Source: a virus | Lineage: Duplodnaviria > Heunggongvirae > Uroviricota > Caudoviricetes | Length of the DNA stretch: 36,917 nucleotides | IMG/VR virus record: IMGVR_UViG_3300021404_000007 | Coordinates: 64,001 to 100,917 of that record | Strand: one strand, 5' to 3' | Shown: positions 7,073 to 16,292 of the stretch, one piece after another | How the letters are laid out: every line of letters begins with the position of its first letter | Position numbering within the stretch: the first letter of the stretch is position 1 | The notes under the pieces: model-generated | Told to the model about the DNA's origin: nothing | The model's input: only the letters and a program-made list of their open reading frames with translations | Databases searched by the model: none | Position numbers and translations under genes: made by a program

Positions 7073-10000
7073 TCAGCCGCCGCCCGGGACGGTGGCTAAC
7101 GGTGCGCCGCCGGAGACGGCGGTGGCGCTGGTGGAGTTGCCGATTTCCTTGATCGAGTCCGCGATGGGCGGGGTGGGCGCGAACGGGCTGTTGTTGACGG
7201 TGACGTGCAGTGTGCCGCCCACGCCGCCCGGTGTGCCGAGCGGCTGCTCTGCCGGAGCCTGAGAAGCGGACAGCCAGCTCGTGGTGGCGGCGCCATCACC
7301 GGCGCCGAACAGGGCATTACCGGCGCCCCACATTCCCCAACCACCCTGACCAGAGCCCGGTGTGACGCCGGGCGGGGGGTTGCCGGGACCAGCCGAGCGA
7401 GGCTGCGACGGCGCTTGCGGAACAGGACTGCCGGGGGCACCGGCAGATGGAGCCGGGGCACCGGCCACCGGCAGCGGGGGCGGCGTGAAGTGTTGGGTGC
7501 CACCGCCGGTCGGCGGCTGGCCTGAGACGCCGGGCGTCCCCTCACCGGGCCTGGGCTGCTTGCCGAACAGGTCCTTGCCGAGGCCGGGGGCGCCCACGCC
7601 GCCGAGCAGGCCACTGAACAGGCTTGAGGGGAGCTGCGCGCCGGGGCTGCCGGGCGGGGCGAACATGCCGGTCTGCACCTGGCCCATGTTCTGCATCAGG
7701 CCCGCGCCGACACCGAGGCCACCCATAGCCAGCTTCCAGATCCCCCACTCGGTGAACGGCTTGCCGAACACGTCCGGGAATCCCAGCTCCTGGAAGATGC
7801 CTTTGACCAGGCCGGCGCCCAGCTGCTTGGCGTCCTTGTCCTCCTTGCCCTTCTCCTCCGTGGGCGGCTTGGGGGGCGCCTCCTGCTCCTTGATAGTCTG
7901 CTCGGCGGTGGCCTGCCCATACTCCTGCCTCGCCTTGACTACCTTGGCGTTTTCCTCCCCTTCTTTCTGGTTGGCGTCGGACACGGCCTTCTTCTGCTTG
8001 TCGAGTTCCTCGGCGTGCGACCTGATCAGCTCCGGGCTGTTGTAGAGGCCCTCTAGCCGGGAGAGTTCGCGCTGCTGCGCGGCGGCGGCTTCGTGGGCTG
8101 CGGCCTGGTCTTGCAATGCCTGGTCCAGCTCGCCGTAGCGGTCGGTGACGTTCTGCCGGGCTGTCTGGATGCCCAGCTGCCACTGCTCGGTCCGGGCGGT
8201 CCAGTCCGCCTGCTGGCGCGGGTCGTAGGCCACGCCCGGCGGCGCCGGACCCCACGGGCTCGGATAGCCGGGTGACTGGGGGCCACCGGGCCCGATCACC
8301 GGACCACCGGGACTACCGGCATTGGCACCGCTGGAATCCATCGGCGTGTACGGCGTCGATCCGCCGGTGCCGGTCGTCCCCCGGCTCGGGTCACCGGCAG
8401 CCGCACCGGCCGGTGCCGACTCGCCGCCCTGGTACCCGGCTCCCAGGAGCGCGACGGCAGCGGGCGCGGGCGTCGACGAGACGCTTCCAGTGCGGGGTTG
8501 CCCAGCGCCCGCGCCCGGACCGCCGCGTGGCGGGAAGCCGCCACCCACGGTGCGGACGTGAACGTGGTTGCGGTGGCTCTGAGTCTCATCGCTCGGGTTG
8601 GCGCCGAAGCCCTCGCTGTGGCCGTTCGGGTACCACAGCGTGTTCTGCCAGATGGCGTACTCGACGCCGTACTGCCCGGCATTGGCCATCACCCAGTCCT
8701 TGACGGTGGTGCCCTCCGGGTTGTCGGTGCCCACGATGATGTCCACGGCAAGCCCGCTGGCATGTTCGTTGGGTGCGTCCGGCGCGCGGTAGAAGCCCTG
8801 GTTGGTGATGCCGAACTGCTGCTCCACCGCGTAGCCCAGCGCGATGGTGTCCACCTGCGCGCCCTGTGTCTGCAGCGGCTGCAAGCTGGCGCCTGGACCG
8901 CCTGCGTCGAAGAACTTGGGCTTCTTGCCGCTCCTGACGGCGGCGCGCATCCCGTACATCGCGCCGTGCCCACCCGCTGCGGCCACCTCGTCATCGGTCC
9001 ACACATGCTCGTTGGGCGCCAGCATGGCGAAGATGCTGTCCTGCCCCTTCCTGCTACCCGGCAGCCACGGGATGTCGCCGCCGCCGTTGAACGGTATGGC
9101 CTTGTGCCAGGCGCTGCTGGGCGGGAGGGGCATGGGGAACGGCGGGACCGGCCTGTCGAAATGGGCGCCCGGCGTGGCGAACGGCCACCAGTCGGGTGGG
9201 TAGGATCCTCCACCCCCGGTGGTGTTCCAGTCGTCGGGGTCGCGGCCACCGACATCGGCCTGCGCGATCCCGCCGCGCTGGAAACCGAACAGCCGCTTGA
9301 GCTTGGGAATCCACACCGCCGGGTCGGCTGATCCCAGGATGTTCTGGCCCGGCGCCTCGTGGGTTATCTCATGCACGTCGCGGGTTTCGCCCGGATCGAG
9401 GCTCATGGTGATCGGGTATTGGCCACCGGCCGACTCGCGCAGCTTCTTCCAGATTTGCGCGTTGGGACCGAGGTCGCCGGGCATATCGCTGTTGGGGCGG
9501 TGCCCCAACGGGTCGTTGGGGTCTATGGGTTCGCCGGAGAAGTCGATCTCGCCGCCCCCCTGGAAGCCGACCGCGCCGCCAAGCCGCCAGCCGGCGATGT
9601 CGGAGAGGATCTTCTTCGAGCGCTCGCTCGCGGCGTGCCCGAACGTCGACCAGAATCCCTTGTCCGGTGAACTTTCCGGGGGGCTGGCGCTGGGTAGCGC
9701 GGTGTAGGCAAGGGATGTCGAAGCTTTGCCGCTGCCCCACCTTGTTGGCAGTCCAGGCATCTCCCCGCCCAGCGCGATGAGCGGGTCGACCAATCCCTGG
9801 TTCTCGAAGAAGCTACCCAGCTTCCTGCCTTCGCCGCCCCTTCCCCAGCCACCGAGCGGGAACGCGCCCGAACCGCCCCAGAACTCGGAGGGCGACTTGG
9901 GTGCGGTGCTGGCGCCGCCGTGCGCAACCGTGCCCGGCTTCCCCCCCTCCGGCGCTGCGGGTGGAGGAGTGACGGCGGCGGCGGTGGTGCTGGGCATCGG

Positions 10001-13000
10001 ACCCACAATGGGGACGCCGCTGGCATCGCCGGGCACCCAATACTTCTTGCCGTCCTGCGTGTACGGCACCCAGGTCTTGGTGCCTGGTGGGCCGGAAGGG
10101 GTGGGCAGGCCGCCACGCGCCTTGTTGAACTCCTCGTCCGTCAGCGCGACCACGCCCGGCGGCAGACCCGCGACCACCGGTTTCGGTGGACCGCCCGGCG
10201 TACCGGCGGCTGGTGGGCCGGAAGCCATCTGAATGGAGGGGGGCACCTGCACGGCGCCGAATCTGCCGACACCACCCTGCTTGGTGAGTACCAGGACGGT
10301 TTGGCCCTGCTCGGTGGATTCCTGCGGCACCCACTCGTAGCCGCCGGGCGCCTCCGGCGGTCCGGCGCTGGAAACGGTGGGGCGCGCTGTCCCGGCGGGC
10401 ACCCAATAGACCTGACCATCCGGCGCGTGGTAGTAGCCCCAGCCGCCGTGGTCCGTCCAGCCACCTACGGGTGCGGCGATGGTGGATGCTCCCGGAGCAC
10501 CACCAGGAGCGGCGGGTGCTGCCGGAGCAGCCGGAGCAGCCGGAGCAGCCGGTGCAGCGGGGGTTACAGGCTGACCATGCTTGGCATCGCTCGGCCCAAA
10601 GACCTCCACCCCCTCACCGTTGTACCAATGCAACTTCCCATCCGGACCCGTCAACAATTCGGATGCCAAGCCGGGCTTGGCCTTTGGTCCGGTAGCCGCC
10701 GGTGCAGCCGGAGCGGCCGGGGCAGCCGGGGCAGTGACGCCGGGCAGCGTTGGGATACCGAGGCTGCCCGGTGTGGGGACGGGTACCGGGGCCGGACCGG
10801 GAGCGGGCGCCGGTGCTGCCGGAACGCCACCCGACTGCTGGGTGATGACCGCCGAGGGTGCGCTCGGTGGGGGCGGTCCAGCGGGAGTTGCCGGCCCAAT
10901 GACAAAGAGCGGATTGCCAGCGGTTCCCAGTGGAGCCGGGGCTGCCGGGGCGCCCGGGACAACGGGACCGCTGCCGGGAACTGTAGGAACGCCCTGCATA
11001 GCAGCGACAACTCGTTGGACGTAATCTGCTGGCTGCTGGTCACCGTGGTAATCGACTACGCCACTCTGTCCGACGAGCCTGGCGATCCACGCCGCTTTGT
11101 CCTGATCGGTGCCGCCAGCCGGGTATGGACCAGCTACGGAGGCGCGCCTCTGGAACTGGTCGGCCAGTGCGTTGACGTGGGTTTGTAGATCAGAGCCGCC
11201 GATCTCGCTATCGACGAAGCCCAGTGTTGGAACACCGGACGGGTTTCGACCTTCGACCTGGCTGAAGCCCTGGATGAGCCGGATTTGATCCGGGGTGAAG
11301 CCCTTCGCCCGCAGCGCGGCGACCAGTGCTGTGTCACCGGCAACCGGGGCGCCGGGGGCGCCGAGCGACGACGGCGCCCCGCCGACCGGTGTACGCACCG
11401 GGCCACTCGGACCAGCGGGCCCGTACTCCGGCACCGTCTGGCCGGTGCTCGGGTCCACCACCACGCCCTTGCCGGGGCCGACCTTGGGATTCAGCGTGAC
11501 ATCGACGCTGCCGGGCTCCACCAGCTCGCCGGATGTCTTGACGTCTTTGCCCTCGCGCTGCGGGTCCATCTCCACCGGCACATGCTTCGGGTTCTTGGCG
11601 GCTTCCTTGTACCACTCGTCCCACTTGTCATGGGCCTCTTTGTTGGCGAACTCGATGGCGGTGATAACGCCCTCGGTGTTCGTCTTGATGTCGATGCCCA
11701 TGTTGTGCAGCTTGTTCGTGACGTCCTGCCACTGCGCCGGGGTGCCCAACAGCTTGAGGTTGAACGGCTGCTCGGCGGTGCCGCCCATCAGCTCGCCCTG
11801 CGCGTTCTTGATCTGGTCGAATGCGGGCTTCAGCTCGCCGTTGATCTTCTCGGTGAATGCCGAGGTGACCTGCAGGTTGGCCTCCATCGCGCCGCTGGCA
11901 TCTTGTATGGCCCTTGTCACCTGCGGAATATCGTTGCGCGCGACGCCCTGCATCCGGTGACCGAGATCCTCGGCGATGTGCGTGAAGTCGAAATCGTCGA
12001 TCTTGGACAGGCTGCCCTGCACCTGGTCGATGGCGTCCTTGGCGCCCTTGAACTTGTCGCCGATGAACGGCAGGTCGTTGAGGACGCTAAGCAGCAGCTG
12101 GAACGGCGCGATGATGGCCGAGATGGTGCCGATCACCATCTCCTTGAGCGGGTTGAGGAACGCGGATACCAGCACCAGCGAGTCGCCGATGAACTGCACG
12201 ATGCTGCCCGCCGCCTGCATGATGTAGGTCGCGACCTCGGTGCCCCAGTGCAGGATCTTGTCCTGGTTCTCGGTCAGCCAGTGCGAGATGTTGTTGCTGG
12301 CGTCCACCAGTCCGTGGGCCATGTTCTCGCCCAGCGGTGCCAGCGTGGCCTTGGCCTGCTGGCTCAGCTTTTCCAGGGCGTCGTCCAGGCTCTGGGTGGC
12401 CTCGACCGCTTCCTTGGCGGGTGTCTCCAAGCCCTCCAAACTCTTCATCACGCTGGGCAGGTCGAGGATGCCCTTCTTGATGTCCTCCAACAGCAGCGGG
12501 GTGGCGCGCTGGCCGAACGACTTCTCGAACATCTTCGCGGCTTCGTTCATCTCGCCGCGATCCATCAACTGCTTAATGCCGATGATCTGGTCGTTCAGCC
12601 ACGACTTCGGGTCCTCGCCGGACTTGGTGGCCTCCTTGAACGCCTGGGTCCACATGAAGACCGCGCGGCGTGCGGGCTCGCCCTCCTGGGCCATCCGCGC
12701 GAAGAAGGTGCCCGCCTGCTCGGCGGTGTACCCGAAGGCACGCATGGCCGGGCCGACCTGCTCCATCTCGCTGATCATCTGGTCCATCGAGATGCCGGTG
12801 AGCCGGGCGGTGTTGCCCAGGATCGTGAGCATGTCGTTGGCCTTGTCGCTGCCCACGTTCCAGGCGTTGATCACCCCGGCGAACTTGGTGGCGTCGAAGT
12901 GGCCGAGAATCTCCTCCATCTCGGCGAAGTTGGTGGTCAGCTCTTTCAGCTGCTCGGGCGAGAGGTCCTTGATGTTGCTGTTGAGACGCCCGATGGCTTC

Positions 13001-14320
13001 GGACACATCGTCCAGGTGCACGATGGCGCCGGAGTCCATAATGTCGCGCACGGCGGCGGTCAGGCCCTCGATGTTCTCCGGATCCAGGGTGCTGGCCGCG
13101 ATCTTGCGGGACACCTCCAGGTAGGTGTTGCCGACTTCCAGCAGCGACGACATGTATTCGCCGGCCAAGCCCTTGAACTCGTCGAAGATGGCGAACACCG
13201 CGCCGAACGCCTGCTCGGCCTCCCCCAGCACCATCTTGACCTGGGCGCCCAGCAATGGGATGTGCCCCACGGTGTCGTCTATCAGGGTGTTGATCGCCGT
13301 CAGCGGCACCTCGAACGCGGTCTTGAAGCCCTCCTCCACCACGTTGAAGGCAGCCATGACGTTGGGCATTTTGCCTTCGAGGAGGGAGGTGAACCCATCC
13401 ATTAGGGTGTCGGCTGCCTCCTTGCCGACCTTGGCGAACGCCGCGATCTCCTTGTTGGCGTACTCGAGAATCTTGGCCTGTGCGTGTACGGCGAGTTCAC
13501 CGGCGGTGATGATGCCAGCGGAGAGGGCCCCGCTGAACAGCTTTCCGGCCAGCGCCCCACTTGCCGCCGCCTTGTCGGCCATGTTGGCGTAGACCTTGTC
13601 GTACGACGGCTTCAGGCCCGGCGCCAGCTTGTCGGCTTCCTCCTTGTACGCCGCGTTATACAGCGCCGAGGCGTCCTTGCCCATGCCGCTGAACAGGGGC
13701 GCGAAGGACGAGAGGACCGGGATGTTGGAGATGATCTTGCCCAGCTCCGGCGCCAGCCCGTTCTGGAACGACTTGGCGAAGTTGGTGGCGGCGGTCGCGC
13801 CCAGGCCCGTCGTCTTACTCAGGCTGGCCGCGATGGAGGGCACCAGGCCCTGCTCAAAGGTGTTGATGAACTCCTGGTGGAACTGCTGCCCGGTCTGGTG
13901 CGCGATGGTCCTGATGGCCGGGTTATTGAGCAACGCACGGAAGGAACCGGCACCGGAGATGCGGGCGGTCAGCGCCGATTCAAACTGCCCCCCGATCTCC
14001 TGGGCCAGCGTGGGAAACGCCGACTTCACCGTTCGCATGCCGCGCTGGAACGATGCCGGGATCTGTTTCTCGAAGGTGTCGTTGATCCCGAAGGCGACCT
14101 GCTCGGAGAAGCCGCGGGCGAACTCCGTGCCGGTCTTCGCTCCATGCTGTGCCACGCCTTGCGCCGATGCACCGGCCAGCACGCGGGTCAGGCTCTCGGT
14201 GGCCGAGCGGCCCATCGCGTCCCCGGCGATGATGCCGGCCTGGCGGAAGCGCTCCTGCAGACCTTGCAGGGTGGGCAGGACTGATACCCAGAGTTCCGCG
14301 CCTACGCTGGGATCGGTCAT
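7073..14320 (-). CDS. Tape measure protein (2415 aa) with embedded putative cell-wall hydrolase domains
   Basis: Longest ORF, directly after the TAC pair. It has the N-terminal ELWVSVLPT motif, a helical Ala/Gly-rich first ~900 aa, and the TMP motif FxxGG...DSIFAMLAPNEHV. Confidence 0.95.
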   Translation of the reverse strand: MTDPSVGAELWVSVLPTLQGLQERFRQAGIIAGDAMGRSATESLTRVLAGASAQGVAQHGAKTGTEFARGFSEQVAFGINDTFEKQIPASFQRGMRTVKSAFPTLAQEIGGQFESALTARISGAGSFRALLNNPAIRTIAHQTGQQFHQEFINTFEQGLVPSIAASLSKTTGLGATAATNFAKSFQNGLAPELGKIISNIPVLSSFAPLFSGMGKDASALYNAAYKEEADKLAPGLKPSYDKVYANMADKAAASGALAGKLFSGALSAGIITAGELAVHAQAKILEYANKEIAAFAKVGKEAADTLMDGFTSLLEGKMPNVMAAFNVVEEGFKTAFEVPLTAINTLIDDTVGHIPLLGAQVKMVLGEAEQAFGAVFAIFDEFKGLAGEYMSSLLEVGNTYLEVSRKIAASTLDPENIEGLTAAVRDIMDSGAIVHLDDVSEAIGRLNSNIKDLSPEQLKELTTNFAEMEEILGHFDATKFAGVINAWNVGSDKANDMLTILGNTARLTGISMDQMISEMEQVGPAMRAFGYTAEQAGTFFARMAQEGEPARRAVFMWTQAFKEATKSGEDPKSWLNDQIIGIKQLMDRGEMNEAAKMFEKSFGQRATPLLLEDIKKGILDLPSVMKSLEGLETPAKEAVEATQSLDDALEKLSQQAKATLAPLGENMAHGLVDASNNISHWLTENQDKILHWGTEVATYIMQAAGSIVQFIGDSLVLVSAFLNPLKEMVIGTISAIIAPFQLLLSVLNDLPFIGDKFKGAKDAIDQVQGSLSKIDDFDFTHIAEDLGHRMQGVARNDIPQVTRAIQDASGAMEANLQVTSAFTEKINGELKPAFDQIKNAQGELMGGTAEQPFNLKLLGTPAQWQDVTNKLHNMGIDIKTNTEGVITAIEFANKEAHDKWDEWYKEAAKNPKHVPVEMDPQREGKDVKTSGELVEPGSVDVTLNPKVGPGKGVVVDPSTGQTVPEYGPAGPSGPVRTPVGGAPSSLGAPGAPVAGDTALVAALRAKGFTPDQIRLIQGFSQVEGRNPSGVPTLGFVDSEIGGSDLQTHVNALADQFQRRASVAGPYPAGGTDQDKAAWIARLVGQSGVVDYHGDQQPADYVQRVVAAMQGVPTVPGSGPVVPGAPAAPAPLGTAGNPLFVIGPATPAGPPPPSAPSAVITQQSGGVPAAPAPAPGPAPVPVPTPGSLGIPTLPGVTAPAAPAAPAAPAATGPKAKPGLASELLTGPDGKLHWYNGEGVEVFGPSDAKHGQPVTPAAPAAPAAPAAPAAPAAPGGAPGASTIAAPVGGWTDHGGWGYYHAPDGQVYWVPAGTARPTVSSAGPPEAPGGYEWVPQESTEQGQTVLVLTKQGGVGRFGAVQVPPSIQMASGPPAAGTPGGPPKPVVAGLPPGVVALTDEEFNKARGGLPTPSGPPGTKTWVPYTQDGKKYWVPGDASGVPIVGPMPSTTAAAVTPPPAAPEGGKPGTVAHGGASTAPKSPSEFWGGSGAFPLGGWGRGGEGRKLGSFFENQGLVDPLIALGGEMPGLPTRWGSGKASTSLAYTALPSASPPESSPDKGFWSTFGHAASERSKKILSDIAGWRLGGAVGFQGGGEIDFSGEPIDPNDPLGHRPNSDMPGDLGPNAQIWKKLRESAGGQYPITMSLDPGETRDVHEITHEAPGQNILGSADPAVWIPKLKRLFGFQRGGIAQADVGGRDPDDWNTTGGGGSYPPDWWPFATPGAHFDRPVPPFPMPLPPSSAWHKAIPFNGGGDIPWLPGSRKGQDSIFAMLAPNEHVWTDDEVAAAGGHGAMYGMRAAVRSGKKPKFFDAGGPGASLQPLQTQGAQVDTIALGYAVEQQFGITNQGFYRAPDAPNEHASGLAVDIIVGTDNPEGTTVKDWVMANAGQYGVEYAIWQNTLWYPNGHSEGFGANPSDETQSHRNHVHVRTVGGGFPPRGGPGAGAGQPRTGSVSSTPAPAAVALLGAGYQGGESAPAGAAAGDPSRGTTGTGGSTPYTPMDSSGANAGSPGGPVIGPGGPQSPGYPSPWGPAPPGVAYDPRQQADWTARTEQWQLGIQTARQNVTDRYGELDQALQDQAAAHEAAAAQQRELSRLEGLYNSPELIRSHAEELDKQKKAVSDANQKEGEENAKVVKARQEYGQATAEQTIKEQEAPPKPPTEEKGKEDKDAKQLGAGLVKGIFQELGFPDVFGKPFTEWGIWKLAMGGLGVGAGLMQNMGQVQTGMFAPPGSPGAQLPSSLFSGLLGGVGAPGLGKDLFGKQPRPGEGTPGVSGQPPTGGGTQHFTPPPLPVAGAPAPSAGAPGSPVPQAPSQPRSAGPGNPPPGVTPGSGQGGWGMWGAGNALFGAGDGAATTSWLSASQAPAEQPLGTPGGVGGTLHVTVNNSPFAPTPPIADSIKEIGNSTSATAVSGGAPLATVPGGG

Positions 14321-14724
14321 ATCGTCCGCACCCGGTTAGCGCCCACCTTCTGGCTCTGCGCGTATCGCTTGAGCTGCTTCTCGTCGAACTCGTCCCAGGT
14401 CATCACGTCGGCCTGGAAGAAGCCGCCCGGCTTGGGTGCGTGTGTCCGCTGATCCACGCCCGGTCGCGGGTAGGGCTGGGTGATCTTGGCGATTCCGGCG
14501 TCGCGTTCCTGCATGTTGGCCAGCAGGTGCGCCTCGCGGGACCAGCCGCCGTCCAGGAAGAACCGCACCGAGGTCTGCGGGTGTGCGCCCACGACGATGG
14601 ACACCATTTCTCCGAACGTCAGGGTGGTGAACATATCGCTGACGCGGTAGCCGAGAGCGATGATGTCCCGGACCAGCGCGTGCCAGTACTTCCTGATGAC
14701 CGACGCCAGCATCAGGATTCCCCC
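14317..14724 (-). CDS. Tail assembly chaperone, frameshifted (GT-type) C-terminal portion
   Basis: The -1 frame stays open through the slippery site and gives GGILMLASVIRKYWHALVRD...; it ends overlapping the TMP start. Confidence 0.88.
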   Translation of the reverse strand, partial: GGILMLASVIRKYWHALVRDIIALGYRVSDMFTTLTFGEMVSIVVGAHPQTSVRFFLDGGWSREAHLLANMQERDAGIAKITQPYPRPGVDQRTHAPKPGGFFQADVMTWDEFDEKQLKRYAQSQKVGANRVRTI

Positions 14725-15218
14725 GGCGGTCCCACCCCCTGCGGCATGAGGACACCCATGAACCAACCGTTGAGGAAGCGCGCCAGCTCACCCTCCGGCA
14801 GCCGCACCACTCTGCGCTGGATGTCCCGGGGGATGTTGGCACGCTTCATGTACCGGAACGCCTGGTGCATCGGGTCGAGGTCGTCCAGCTCCCAGAAGAA
14901 CTCCACGTCTGCGTTCAGCGTGGTGATGTGCGGCGCGACGATGGGATCCATGCTGTCGCCCACCTGCACGGTGTTCGGTCTGAAAACGTAGACGTCGATA
15001 TCGCCGTAGGGATGCTGGATAGGCGCTGGCGCCTGGGCCACCGGGACCGGAGGTGCATCACCGGGCAGCGCGGGCGTGGTCGTGGGTTCAAACCGCTCGG
15101 GTGCTCGTAGCTCGGCCTCCGTAGCCGGGGCGATGGGCACGCCGGTGGCGTGCCCATTCGTCCTCGGTTTGGCGGCCTTACGCGGTGCTGTGGTCTTGCG
15201 TTTGGCCGAAACTGTCAC
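14712..15218 (-). CDS. Tail assembly chaperone (G-type, 168 aa)
   Basis: Lies between the MTP and the TMP and ends ...GPPGES* over a GGGGGAA heptamer. Confidence 0.9.
   Translation of the reverse strand: MTVSAKRKTTAPRKAAKPRTNGHATGVPIAPATEAELRAPERFEPTTTPALPGDAPPVPVAQAPAPIQHPYGDIDVYVFRPNTVQVGDSMDPIVAPHITTLNADVEFFWELDDLDPMHQAFRYMKRANIPRDIQRRVVRLPEGELARFLNGWFMGVLMPQGVGPPGES
14718..14724 (-). promoter_or_regulatory. Programmed -1 ribosomal frameshift slippery site GGGGGAA
   Basis: Minus strand reads CCG GGG GAA TCC TGA; the -1 frame continues GGA ATC CTG ATG. This heptamer type is known from mycobacteriophage TAC genes. Confidence 0.88.
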
Positions 15219-15817
15219 GGTGCAAGTACTCCATCGTTGAGATATTCGTACGCATGGTTATTGAACGTGTCCGGGAACGGTTTCAACGTGAAATCGTAAG
15301 CGGCCAGCGCCTTGTGCACCCAGGTCAGCGGCCCGACGAGGGTCAGACGGCCATAGGGCACCACCAGCCTCATGCTCATCTGCATGTAGTAGGCGTCGAT
15401 GACCCAGCTGCCGAAGTCGAGCAGCTGCGCGTTCAGCTTGGACGTGATGCCGGTGCCGGTGGTGCTGGTGGCCGGTGTCACCGTCACGTTGTCGGTGCCG
15501 TGTGCGGCCTTGGCCACGTCGGCGTTGACGAACTGCAGCAGCTTGAACTTGAGGGTGATGCCGTACTTGTCCTGCAGCACGGCGATCAGGTCGCCACCCC
15601 AGTCGTTGATCTCGGTGTTCGGGCGCTCCTCAGTGCGGTCCACACCGGCGTCGGAGACGCGGCCGAGGGTGATGAATCCGGGGTCCAGTGGCGTTACCGC
15701 GTCCGTGGGCAGCGCGGTGCCCAAGGGCGCGAGTAGCACGCCGCCGGTGATCTTAGGACTAGGTGCCGCGACTTCCTGAACATCGCTGATCACCGTGGGT
15801 GGCGTAACTGTGGTCAT
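15215..15817 (-). CDS. Major tail protein (200 aa)
   Basis: Strong RBS AAGGAGG before ATG at 15817. Motifs APLGTALPTDA, LGRVSDAGV and DWGGDLI match actinophage major tail subunits. Confidence 0.93.
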   Translation of the reverse strand: MTTVTPPTVISDVQEVAAPSPKITGGVLLAPLGTALPTDAVTPLDPGFITLGRVSDAGVDRTEERPNTEINDWGGDLIAVLQDKYGITLKFKLLQFVNADVAKAAHGTDNVTVTPATSTTGTGITSKLNAQLLDFGSWVIDAYYMQMSMRLVVPYGRLTLVGPLTWVHKALAAYDFTLKPFPDTFNNHAYEYLNDGVLAP

Positions 15818-15866
15818 TTGTCCTCCTTGTTCGGGTAGGGATGGCCCGCGCACAGAATCCCAGCGT

Positions 15867-15881
15867 TACGCGAATCGCGTA
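15867..15881. promoter_or_regulatory. Palindrome TACGCG-AAT-CGCGTA in the MTP/HTH intergenic region
   Basis: Perfect 6-3-6 inverted repeat read directly from the sequence; function inferred. Confidence 0.4.
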
Positions 15882-15923
15882 GTGCGACACGCGCGCTGCG
15901 GGGGTGGAAAATCAACTCGCCAC

Positions 15924-15942
15924 TACACTTACCGGCTAAGTG
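15924..15942 (+). promoter_or_regulatory. Putative -10 box (TACACT) overlapped by palindromic operator CACTTA-CCGGC-TAAGTG
   Basis: TANNNT hexamer at 15924-15929 and a 6-5-6 inverted repeat at 15926-15942, upstream of RBS GGAGG and the GTG at 15957. Confidence 0.55.
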
Positions 15943-15956
15943 ATGTTGGAGGCGCT

Positions 15957-16292
15957 GTGAGCAGGGGCCTTGGAAGCACTGAGCGCGCCATCCTGGCGGA
16001 GCAGTTTTTGCGCCCGCACACTTTCCTCACCACGCACCAGCTGGCCAAGCATCTCGGCGTCTCCCAGCAGCAGATTTACCGCGCCGCGCGCTCGCTGGCA
16101 GACAAGGAGCTGGTCGAACTCACGCTAGAGCCGGAGCTGCGCATCTGGCGCGTGGGCGCGACCGAGCGGCGCCGTGCGTACGCGCGTTCGATAGGTGCGG
16201 ACTGGTCCGAGAAGGAGGTGCGCCGACCGGGGCACTGCGGGCCGGACTGCCAGCGCAACCACGTGGGCGCCGACAAGCAGCACTTCGCCTAG
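15957..16292 (+). CDS. Winged helix-turn-helix DNA-binding protein (111 aa), antisense to the structural operon
   Basis: GGAGG RBS then GTG, giving MSRGLGSTERAIL...LTTHQLAKHLGVSQQQIYRAARSLADKELVEL (HTH plus wing). It fills a gap free of minus-strand genes, and its stop overlaps the convergent stop at 16289. Confidence 0.85.
   Translation: MSRGLGSTERAILAEQFLRPHTFLTTHQLAKHLGVSQQQIYRAARSLADKELVELTLEPELRIWRVGATERRRAYARSIGADWSEKEVRRPGHCGPDCQRNHVGADKQHFA

Noticed and set aside
15818-15956. Minus-strand promoter for the major tail gene
   Set aside because: No TANNNT with a plausible -35 spacing was found on that strand, so it is not reported.
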